Positions 21,201 to 33,200 of a DNA stretch of 45,525 bases are shown piece after piece. This stretch comes from an uncultured Zetaproteobacteria bacterium. GTDB lineage: Bacteria; Pseudomonadota; Zetaproteobacteria; Mariprofundales; Mariprofundaceae. The notes under the pieces were generated by a model. That model ran no database searches. It was not told the DNA's origin and saw only the letters and a list, made by a program, of their open reading frames with translations. A program made the position numbers and the translations under genes. Location of the stretch: NCBI GenBank assembly GCA_964478615.1, contig CAYZJL010000001.1, forward strand, positions 1 through 45,525, read 5' to 3'. Within the stretch, counting starts at the first letter, position 1. Each line of letters opens with the position of its first letter.

Positions 21201-24200
21201 GCTAATTGGAGCGGCTACCAACAGAGGGTTGGGATCTATATTATCGACTACTGTTGGAGCACCGAGATTAACAGCAGTTAATACTCCGCTTGCTTCGATA
21301 GTAATATTTGCTGCCGGCGTAACTACAGGTGCCAAAACATCTACGCCGAGTGGGCCCATGCCGTTATTGGCACTGGCCGAGAGGCGCATGTTGGAGATGA
21401 TCAGTGCAGAGTCAGTTGCTGAAGTAGTATTATCTGCAATAGTGATTTTAATGGTGTGTGTTGTCAGGGCAGGATCGAGCAGGGCAGTCAAGGTCTGTAC
21501 TTGAGACAGATTGGTATACCCAGGGATTAATGTGCCATTGGTGGCATTCAGAAATGCTCCGTTGAGATTAGATAACAGCAGGCCATTAGTAAATGTGGCC
21601 TGGTTTACACCATCAACCATCACGACAACGGCATCGGGCAGGGCAATACCAGCCAACGTTTCATTGGTGGCATAAATGAGATCAAAATCGACGGATGAGG
21701 TATTGACAGGAACAGTGAATGAGAACTGCAAAGAAGCGGCATCGCTGGTGCCAGCCGTACCGAATAACGGATGTGTACTCAGAGCACTGAAGACATCGGC
21801 ATCACCGGCCAATGGGCCCAGGTTGTTACCTGTGCCTGTAATGTTGCCGGTTGTCAGGATAATACCCTTCTGGGGTAGTACCAGTGGAATTGCTGCCGGA
21901 GCAACACCCAGCGTACCGAAGTTGGTGGTTTCAACCAAACCAGTTTGATTTGCAATGGCGGTAGCGACAGGCAGGGTGAAATTGATATTGGCATCAAACT
22001 GGGTCAAACGTGTTGCCAGACTGGTGGCATTGGTCATGTTAATGATCGATGCCGAACTAACAGTGATTACTGTTGTGGCTGTGGCTGTATTAGCAGCTAC
22101 ATCAAGAGCGCTAAATGTGACTGTTGTATTGCCCAACGGGAAGAGAAGTGGCGCATCATTGGTGATTGGCAGTACCACGCCGACGGCATCAGTTGCAGTA
22201 ACAGTTGCCAAGTAAGCTGCTATGTCTGTCGCCATTGTTGGGCTGGCAATGGAAAAAGTTTGTGCTACAGGTGCAACAATAGCTGGGGCTATGGTATCAG
22301 AAACGGTAACGGTTTGCGTTGCGGTGCCGATATTGCCAGCGGCATCGGTCGCACTCCATGTTACCAGAGTCACACCAATCGGAAATGGTCCAATAGGAGC
22401 AGAGGTTACGGTTGGATTGGGATCGATATTATCCACCACATTTGGAATGCCCAGGTTCACGGCTGTTGTAGGCCCGGTAGCTTCTATAGCAATATTGGCT
22501 GCCGGTGTGATAACCGGAGGCTGGACATCCGCGCCTACTGCCCCAATACCATTTTGGGTGCTGGCAGAAAGACGCATATTCGAAAGAATAATGGCTGAAT
22601 CAGTCAGGGCGGTGTTATTGTCTGCAATACTGATTTTAATCGTATGGCTGGTAAGCAGCGGGTTAACCAGAGCAGTCAAGACCTGCGACTGTGACAAGTT
22701 CGTGTAGCCTGAAATCAAGGTGCCATTGGTGGCATTGAGGAATGCACCATTCAGATTGGCCAGTAGCAGGCCATTGGTGAAGGTAGCACGGTTTACGCCA
22801 TCAATCATGATCACCACTGCATCCGGGAATGGTACGCCAGCCAGCGCTTCATTGCTGGCATAGATCAGGTCAAAGCTTACAGATGGGGTATTTGCAGGTG
22901 TTGTGAATGTGAATTGCAGGGTGGCCGCATCAGCAGTACCGGTAGTCGCAAATGATGCGTGGCCATTCAAGGCGTTTAATACATCCGTATCACCAGGCAA
23001 AGGCCCCAGGTTGTTACCGGTACCCGTTACGTTACCGGTAGTCAGGATAATACCTGTTTGCAGCAATGTGAGTGGAGCCCCGGCCAGGGTGCCAAAGTTG
23101 GTTGTTTCAACCAGTCCCGATTGATTGGCCGCAATGGTTGCTAGCGGTAGCGAGAATGTGATATTCGGATCAAACTGCGTTAATCGCGTAGCCAGACTGG
23201 TGGCATTGTTCACATTTACAATCGAAGCTGCGCTCACGGTAATCACGCTAGTTGCCGTGCTCAGATTGCCTGCTGCATCTGAAGCTGTGAAGGTCACTGT
23301 AGTATTACCGACAGGGAACAGGAGTGGCGCATTATTGGTGATCGGTAGTATGACACCGACGGCATCGATTGCTGTCACCGTTGCTAGGTGCGCTGCAATG
23401 TCAGCAGCCAGGGTTGGACTGACCGTTGAGAATGTCTGTGCTGCCGGAGGCGTAATCACGGGAGTAATAGTGTCGTTCACAGTGACTGTTTGCGTGGAGG
23501 TACCGATATTGCCGGCAGCATCAGTTGCAGTCCAGGTGACGACAGTGACTCCTACAGGGTAAGGGCCAGCAGGTGCAGCTACGAGCGCCGGGTTAGGGTC
23601 AATATTATCGACCACGGTCGGAGCGCCCAGATTGACGGCGGTCGTTGGGCCTGTCGCCTCAATCGTGATATTGGCAGCCGGTGTGACAGCAGGGGGTAGA
23701 AAGTCCACGCCCAGAGGTCCCATGCCGTTGGTGTTACTGGTTGAAATACGCATGTTGGAGATGATCAGAGCTGAGTCGACAGTTGCAGTGGTGTTGTCCG
23801 CAATACTGATTTTAAGCGTATGTGTGGTCAGGAGAGGATCCAGCAGTGTTGTAACTGTTTGTGCCGGAGATAGGTTGGTGTAACCGGAAATCAATGCGCC
23901 ATTGGATACCGTTAAAAATGCACCGTTAAGGTTGGATAATAACTGACCATTGTTGAATATACCGCGGTTTATACCATCAACCATGATGACTGCGGCATCA
24001 GGAAGAGCCGTGCCTGCAATACCTTCATTGGTGGCGTAGATCAGATCAAAGCTTACCGATGGCGTGTTAGCAGGTACGGTGAAAGAGAATTGCAGCGAAG
24101 CAGCATCAGCAGTACCGACAGTGGCATATGATGGATGTCCACTTAAGGCATTAAACACATCGGCATCGCCAGCCAGAGGCCCCAGGTTATTGCCTGTACC

Positions 24201-27200
24201 TGAGAAATTACCCGTAGTCAGAATGATGGATTTTTGGGGTAGTGTGAGTGGTGCTAATCCCAGTGTTCCAAAATTGGTGCTCTCCACCAGTCCTGTCTGG
24301 TTTGCAATGCCAGTGGCGACAGGCAGGGTGAAGTTGATATTGGCATCAAACTGGGTCAGGCGTGTGGCCAGGCTGGTTGCGTTGGTGACATTCAGAATAG
24401 AAGCAGCACTGACGGTGATGACCGTTGTGGCAGTTCCAACATTACCGGCTGCATCGGTAGAGGTGAAGGTTACCGTGGTATTACCAACAGGGAACAGCAG
24501 TGGTGCATCATTGAGAATCGGCAGAATAACACTAACAGCATCTGTAGCAGTGACCGTGGCCAGGTGTGTTGTGATATCGGCAGCCAGCGTTGGGCTTGCT
24601 GTTGAGAAGGTCTGAGCTACAGGCGCTGTAATTAGCGGCGCTGTAGTATCATTGATCGTGACCAGTTGTGTGGCAGTACCGATATTACCGGCGATATCCG
24701 TAGCACTCCAGGTAACAACGGTTGCTCCTACCGGGAATGGTCCGGCAGGCGCTGAGGTTACGGTTGGATTAGGATCTACATTATCAATGACATTTGGCAC
24801 GCCCAGATTAACCGTAGTAGTTGGTCCGGTTGCCTCCATGAAAATATTAGCAGCCGGCGTGATCACAGGAGGCAGGAAGTCAGCCCCGACCGGGCCGATA
24901 CTATTTTGGGTGCTGGCTGAAACACGCATGTTGGAGATGATCAGCGCTGAATCAACCAGAGCAGTACTGTTATCCGCAATGCTTATTTTGATCGTATGCG
25001 TTGTGAGGACAGGGTTCAGCAAGGTAGTCATTACCTGAGCAGGGGAAAGATTGGTGTAGCCTGAGACAAGCGTACCATTTGTCGGACTCAGAAAGGCACC
25101 GTTCAGATTGGAAAGCAATAGACCAGTGGCAAAGGTAGCACGGTTTACACCATCAACCATTACCACAACAGCATCTGGAGATGCAATGCCAGCAATTACT
25201 TCATTGGTGGCATAAATCAGGTCAAAACTGACCGATGGTGTGTTGGCCGGTACAGTGAACGAGAACTGCAGTGAGGCGGCATCGGCAGTGCCCGCAGTGG
25301 CGAATAGTGGGTGTGTATTCAGGGCATTGAATACATCCGTATCGCCAGGCAATGGACCAAGGCTATTCCCCGTACCCGTGACATTACCTGTAGTAAGGAT
25401 GATACCGGGCTGAGGCAGCGTCAGTGGGGCTGCTACAAGCGTACCGAAGTTGGTGGTTTCAACCAAACCAGTTTGAGTTGCCAGAGCGGTGGCAACAGGT
25501 AATGTGAAATTAATGTTCGGATCAAATTGCGTTAGCCGTGTTGCCAGCGTAGTAGCATTGTTCATGTTGATGATGTTGGCTGCACTAACGGTGATCACCG
25601 TCGTAGCAGTCCCTGCATTGCCAGCGAGATCTGTGGCTGTAAATGTGACTGTCGTATTGCCGACAGGGAATGCCAACGGTGCATTGTTGGTGATGGGCAG
25701 TACCACACCAACAGCATCCGTTGCCGTTACGGTTGCCAGATGAGCAGCAATATCAGCAGCCAGAGTGGCACTTACAGTGGAGAACGTCTGGGCTACAGGG
25801 GCTACAATAGCAGGAACGGTGGTGTCAATGACAGTAACTGTTTGTGTCGCTGTACCGATGTTGCCGGCCGCATCGGTTGCAGTCCAGGTGACGATGGTTG
25901 CACCAACCGGGTATGGCCCTACCGGGGCGGCTACAAGTGTTGGATTGGGATCCAGATTATCCACTACGGTTGGAGCACCAAGATTGACAGGCGTAGTTGG
26001 AGCGATTGCTTCGATGGTGATGTTCGCCGCAGGTGTAATGACGGGAGGCAGGAAGTCCGCTCCAACCGGGCCCATACCATTGTTGGTGCTGGCCGATATA
26101 CGCATGTTTGAGAGAATGATGGCGGAATCAACTGTTGCGGTGGTGTTATCGGCAATAGTGATTTTAATCGTGTGTGTTGCCAGTGCTGGATCCAGCAGTG
26201 CAGTTAAGGTCTGAGCCGGAGATAGATTGGTAAAGCCGGAAACCAGCGTACCATTGGTGGTATTGAGGAATGCACCATTCAGGTTGGACAGTAGCAAACC
26301 GTTGGCAAATGTAGCCCGGTTGACACCATCCACCATGATTACGACAGCATCGGGCAGCGCGATACCACCAAGTAGTTCATTGGTCGCATAAATGAGATCA
26401 AAGTTGATCGATGGCGTGTTGGCAGGAACAGTGAATGAGAACTGTAGTGAAGCTGCATCGGCGGTACCTATGGTTGCAAATGATGGATGTGCACTCAATG
26501 CATTGAATACATCGGTATCACCAGCCAATGGGCCCAGGTTATTGCCTGTACCTGAGGTGTTGCCGGTCGACAGGATAATACCTGTTTGTGGCAGCGTGAG
26601 AGGTGTAGCTGCAAGTGGAGGGAGTGCAGCCAGTGTGCCAAAGTTGGTTGTCTCAACCAGTCCGGCCTGATTGGCCGCAATGGTTGCGGCAGGCAGTGAG
26701 AAAGTGATATTCGGATCAAACTGGGTCAGGCGTGTAGCCAGTGTAGTGGCATTGGTGACATTAAGGATAGATGCTGCAGTCACTGTAATGACCGTGCTTG
26801 CTGTACCAATATTACCGGCTGCATCAGCTATGGTGTAGACCACAGTGGTATTGCCGACCGGGAATACCAGTGGTGCATTGTTGATGATCGGCAGTATCAC
26901 ACCGACCGCATCGGTTGCAGCTACGGTTGCCAGGTGTGCGGCAATATCGGCAGCCATGGTTGGGCTGGCCGTTGAGAATGTTTGTGCTATCGGTGCAAAA
27001 ACAAGCGGAGGCGTGGTATCGGTTACCGTTACGGTTTGTGTGGCGGTGCCAATATTACCGGCCGCATCGGTTGCGCTCCATGTGACGATCGTGGCACCAA
27101 CAGGATAAGGGCCAACGGGAGCTGCAGTGACAACAGGGTTGGGATCCACGTTATCTACGACAGTAGGTGTTCCGAGGTTGACGGTTGTCGTCGGGCCAGT

Positions 27201-30200
27201 TGCTTCAATCGTGATATTGGCCGCTGGCGTGATAGCCGGAGCCAGGAAGTCAACCCCTATAGGGCCAATACCGTTTTGATTACTCACAGCAACACGCATA
27301 TTGGAGATAATTAGGGCGGAATCGACAAGCGAAGTACTATTATCGGCAATGCTGATCTTGATGGTATGGGTTGCCAGTGCTGGGTTCAGCAGGGCTGTCA
27401 GGGTCTGTGCCTGAGAGAGGTTGGTGTAACCGGAAATCAGGTTGCCATTGCTGGCCGTTAAAAATGCACCATTCAGGTTAGAGAGCAGCAATCCATTGGT
27501 GAAGGTGGCGCGGTTTACGCCATCAATCATTACCACGACCGCATCCGGGAATGCAACCCCGGCCAAGGTTTCATTGGTGGCGTAGATCAGATCAAAACTG
27601 ACCGAAGGGGTATTGGCAGGCACGGTAAATGAGAATTGCAATAATGCCGCATCCGATGTGCCGGTTGAGGCGAAAGAGATATGGTTGGTTAATGCATTGA
27701 ATACATCCGCATCACCAATCAGAGGGCCCAGGTTATTACCTGTTCCGCTGACATTACCGGTTGTCAGCATAATACCTGTTTGCGGCAGTGTGAGTGGAGT
27801 TAGTCCCAGTGTGCCGAAGTTGGTGGTCTCTACCAGTCCGGTCTGATTCAGGGCCGCAGTTGCCACAGGCAGTGTGAAGTTGATATTTGGATCAAACTGG
27901 GTCAGGCGTGTCGCCAGTGTGGTGGCATTGGCCATGTTGATGATGCTTGCTGCGCTAACGGTAATCACCGTTGTGGCAGTGCCAACATTGCCGGCAACAT
28001 CAGTTACCGTGTAGGTCACTGTAGTGTTACCTACCGGGAAGAGCAGTGGTGCATTGTTGGTGATTGGTAATACAACACCGACTGCATCAGTGGCTGTGAC
28101 TGTAGCCAGATGCGCTGTAATATCCGCAGCTATGGTTGGACTGGCTGTTGAGAATGTTTTGGCGACAGGCGCTGCAATAACAGGAACAGTGGTATCGGTA
28201 ACGATAATGGTCTGGGTTGCTGTTCCGATATTGCCTGCTGCGTCCGTTGCAGTCCATGTCACGATATTCGCACCAACAGGGTATGGGCCTACAGGTGTTG
28301 CTGTTACAACGGGATTAGGATCAACATTATCAACTACGGTTGCGGCAACCAGATTTACAGCAGTGGTGGGGCCTGTTGCTTCAATCGTTACATTGGCAGC
28401 CGGTGTAATCACTGGAGGCAGGAAGTCGGTTCCCAATGGCCCCATGCCATTGTTTGTACTTGCCGATATGCGCATGTTGGAGATGATAAGAGCGGTATCG
28501 ATGGTCGAAGTGGTGTTATCAGCAATGCTGATCTTGAGGGTATGCGTGGTAAGGGCTGGATTGAGCAGAGCTGTCAATGTCTGGGCCGCAGATAAATTGG
28601 TGTAGCCTGAAATCAGTGTGCCGTTGGTGGCATTGAGGAATGCACCATTCAGATTGGCAAGCAATAGACCATTGGGGAATGTGCCGCGATTGATGCCATC
28701 TACCATGATCACAGCAGCGTCTGGTAGTGCGATCCCTGCAAGGGCTTCATTGGTGGCGTAAATAAGGTCAAAATCAACCGAGAGTGTATTTGGCGGTGTT
28801 GTAAATGAGAACTGCAACGATGCAGCATCTGATGTGCCACCGGTGCCGAAGGAGATGTGATTGTTCAGTGCATTGAATACATCGGTATCTCCAGCCAATG
28901 GGCCGAGGCTGTTGCCTGTGCCTGATGTGTTACCTGTAGTAAGAATGATGCCGGTCTGAGTCAGTGTTAACGGGGTAGGTGCAAGTGGCGGAGCTGCTGC
29001 CAAAGTGCCGAAGTTGGTTGAATCAACCAGACCAGTCTGATTCGTCGCAGCTGTTAATAGCGGCAGTGTAAAGTTAATGTTGGCATCAAACTGTGTCAAA
29101 CGAGTCGCCAGTGTGGTGGCGTTGTTGATGTTGATAATGGATGCTGCGGTCACCGTAATTACTGTGCTTGCAGTGCCTGCATTACCGGCGGCATCGGACA
29201 CAGTGAATGTGACTGTCGTATTGCCGACAGGAAATGCCAGCGGTGCATTATTGGTGATGGGCAATATTACGCCGAGGGCATCAGTAGCCGTTACGGTTGC
29301 CAAGTGAGCGGTAATATCTGCTGCCATGGTTGGACTGAGTGTAGAGAATGTCTGGGCGACAGGTGCCACAACAACAGGAGCTGTGGTATCCGTTACGGTA
29401 ACTGTTTGTGTCGCCGTACCGATATTACCGGCGGCATCGGTGGCGGTCCAGGTCACGATAGTTGCACCAATCGGATATGGCCCAACAGGTGCAGCGGTGA
29501 CAACAGGATTGGGGTCCATGTTATCTACGACTGTCGGTGTTCCGAGATTGACGGTTGTAGTCGGTCCGGTTGCTTCGATGGTGATATTTGCAGCTGGCGT
29601 AATGACTGGTGGTAGGAAGTCAGCTCCAAGTGCGCCTATGCCATTGTTGGTGCTGGTAGAGCTACGCATGTTGGAGAGAATGATGGCGGAATCAACTGTT
29701 GCGATGGTGTTATCGGCAATAGTGATTTTAATCGTATGTGTTGCCAGTGCTGGGTCCAGCAGTGCAGTTAAGGTCTGGGCTGGAGATAGATTGGTGAAGC
29801 CGGATACCAGTGTGCCATTGGTGGCATTCAAGAATGCACCATTCAGATTGGCCAGCAGCAGACCGGTGGCAAATGTAGCCCGGTTCACCCCATCGACCAT
29901 GATCACAACAGCATCAGGCAGTGCGATACCTGCCAGTGTCTCATTGGTGGCATAGATCAGATCAAAGTTGACTGATGGTGTGTTGGCAGGAACGGTAAAT
30001 GAGAACTGCAGTGAGGCTGCATCTGCCGTACCAACAGATGAGAACGAAGGGTGTGCCGTTAATGCAATGAATACGTCGGTATCTCCAGCCAATGGGCCCA
30101 GGTTATTGCCTGTACCTGAGGTGTTACCTGTCGACAGGATAATGCCTGTTTGCGGTAGTGTGAGTGGTGCCAAGCCGAGTGTGCCAAAGCTGGTTGTCTC

Positions 30201-33200
30201 CACCAGCCCGGCCTGATTGGGGGCAATGGTTGCGGCGGGCAGTGAGAAAGTGATATTCGGATCAAACTGGGTCAGTCGTGTAGCCAGTGTAGTGGCATTG
30301 GTGACATTAAGGATAGATGCTGCAGTCACTGTAATGACCGTGCTTGCTGTACCAATATTACCGGCTGCATCAGCTATGGTGTAGACCACAGTGGTATTGC
30401 CGACCGGGAATACCAGTGGTGCATTGTTGATGATCGGCAGTATCACACCGACCGCATCGGTTGCAGCTACGGTTGCCAGGTGTGCGGCAATATCGGCAGC
30501 CATGGTTGGGCTGGCCGTTGAGAATGTTTGTGCTATCGGTGCAAAAACAAGCGGAGGCGTGGTATCGGTTACCGTTACGGTTTGTGTGGCGGTGCCAATA
30601 TTACCGGCCGCATCGGTTGCGCTCCATGTGACGATCGTGGCACCAACAGGATAAGGGCCAACGGGAGCTGCAGTGACAACAGGGTTGGGATCCACGTTAT
30701 CTACGACAGTAGGTGTTCCGAGGTTGACGGTTGTCGTCGGGCCAGTTGCTTCAATCGTGATATTGGCCGCTGGCGTGATAGCCGGAGCCAGGAAGTCAAC
30801 CCCTATAGGGCCAATACCGTTTTGATTACTCACAGCAACACGCATATTGGAGATAATTAGGGCGGAATCGACAAGCGAAGTACTATTATCGGCAATGCTG
30901 ATCTTGATGGTATGGGTTGCCAGTGCTGGGTTCAGCAGGGCTGTCAGGGTCTGTGCCTGAGAGAGGTTGGTGTAACCGGAAATCAGGTTGCCATTGCTGG
31001 CCGTTAAAAATGCACCATTCAGGTTAGAGAGCAGCAATCCATTGGTGAAGGTGGCGCGGTTTACGCCATCAATCATTACCACGACCGCATCCGGGAATGC
31101 AACCCCGGCCAAGGTTTCATTGGTGGCGTAGATCAGATCAAAACTGACCGAAGGGGTATTGGCAGGCACGGTAAATGAGAATTGCAATAATGCCGCATCC
31201 GATGTGCCGGTTGAGGCGAAAGAGATATGGTTGGTTAATGCATTGAATACATCCGCATCACCAATCAGAGGGCCCAGGTTATTACCTGTTCCGCTGACAT
31301 TACCGGTTGTCAGCATAATACCTGTTTGCGGCAGTGTGAGTGGAGTTAGTCCCAGTGTGCCGAAGTTGGTGGTCTCTACCAGTCCGGTCTGATTCAGGGC
31401 CGCAGTTGCCACAGGCAGTGTGAAGTTGATATTTGGATCAAACTGGGTCAGGCGTGTCGCCAGTGTGGTGGCATTGGCCATGTTGATGATGCTTGCTGCG
31501 CTAACGGTAATCACCGTTGTGGCAGTGCCAACATTGCCGGCAACATCAGTTACCGTGTAGGTCACTGTAGTGTTACCTACCGGGAAGAGCAGTGGTGCAT
31601 TGTTGGTGATTGGTAATACAACACCGACTGCATCAGTGGCTGTGACTGTAGCCAGATGCGCTGTAATATCCGCAGCTATGGTTGGACTGGCTGTTGAGAA
31701 TGTTTTGGCGACAGGCGCTGCAATAACAGGAACAGTGGTATCGGTAACGATAATGGTCTGGGTTGCTGTTCCGATATTGCCTGCTGCGTCCGTTGCAGTC
31801 CATGTCACGATATTCGCACCAACAGGGTATGGGCCTACAGGTGTTGCTGTTACAACGGGATTAGGATCAACATTATCAACTACGGTTGCGGCAACCAGAT
31901 TTACAGCAGTGGTGGGGCCTGTTGCTTCAATCGTTACATTGGCAGCCGGTGTAATCACTGGAGGCAGGAAGTCGGTTCCCAATGGCCCCATGCCATTGTT
32001 TGTACTTGCCGATATGCGCATGTTGGAGATGATAAGAGCGGTATCGATGGTCGAAGTGGTGTTATCAGCAATGCTGATCTTGAGGGTATGCGTGGTAAGG
32101 GCTGGATTGAGCAGAGCTGTCAATGTCTGGGCCGCAGATAAATTGGTGTAGCCTGAAATCAGTGTGCCGTTGGTGGCATTGAGGAATGCACCATTCAGAT
32201 TGGCAAGCAATAGACCATTGGGGAATGTGCCGCGATTGATGCCATCTACCATGATCACAGCAGCGTCTGGTAGTGCGATCCCTGCAAGGGCTTCATTGGT
32301 GGCGTAAATAAGGTCAAAATCAACCGAGAGTGTATTTGGCGGTGTTGTAAATGAGAACTGCAACGATGCAGCATCTGATGTGCCACCGGTACCGAAGGAG
32401 ATGTGATTGTTCAGTGCATTGAATACATCGGTATCTCCAGCCAAGCCCAGATTGTTACCGGTTCCTGAGATATTACCTGTGGTCAGCATGATGCCGGTCT
32501 GAGTCAGTGTGAGAGGGGCCGCAGCAAGCGTGCCAAAATTGGTGGTTTCAACCAGGCCAGTTTGATTAAGAACAGCCGTCGACTGGGGCAGGGTGAAATT
32601 GATATTAGGATCAAATTGCGTCAAACGCGTAGCCAGGCTGGTGGCATTGCTAATGCCGATAATGGATGCTGCGGTCACTGTGATCATGGTTGTTGCCGTA
32701 GCGGTATTGCCAGCAGCATCTGACACAGTAAATGTGACCAGTGTGTTACCTACCGGGAATGCCAGCGGGGCATTGTTGGCGATTGGCAATAATACACCGA
32801 CAGCATCGGTTGCCGTTACAGTAGCCAGGTGAGCGGTAATGTCTGCTGCCATGGTTAGGCTGGTTGTCGAGAATGTCTGAGCTGCTGGTGCAGCAATGCC
32901 TGGTGCTGTGGTATCGGTGACGGTGATCGTTTGTGTTGCCGTACCGATATTGCCGGAGGCGTCTGTTGCGGTCCAAGTTACAACTGTTGCACCAACAGGG
33001 TAGGGGCCAACCGGCGCAGCGACTACTGTAGGATTAGGGTCGATATTGTCAGTAACTACAGGTGTGCCGATATTCACTGTCGTGGTTGGGCCAGTTGCTT
33101 CAATAGTCACATTGGCGGCGGGGGTCACAACCGGAGGCAGGAAGTCCGCTCCAAGCGGGCCAATACCATTGGCGCTACTGGTTGAAGTGCGCATATTTGA

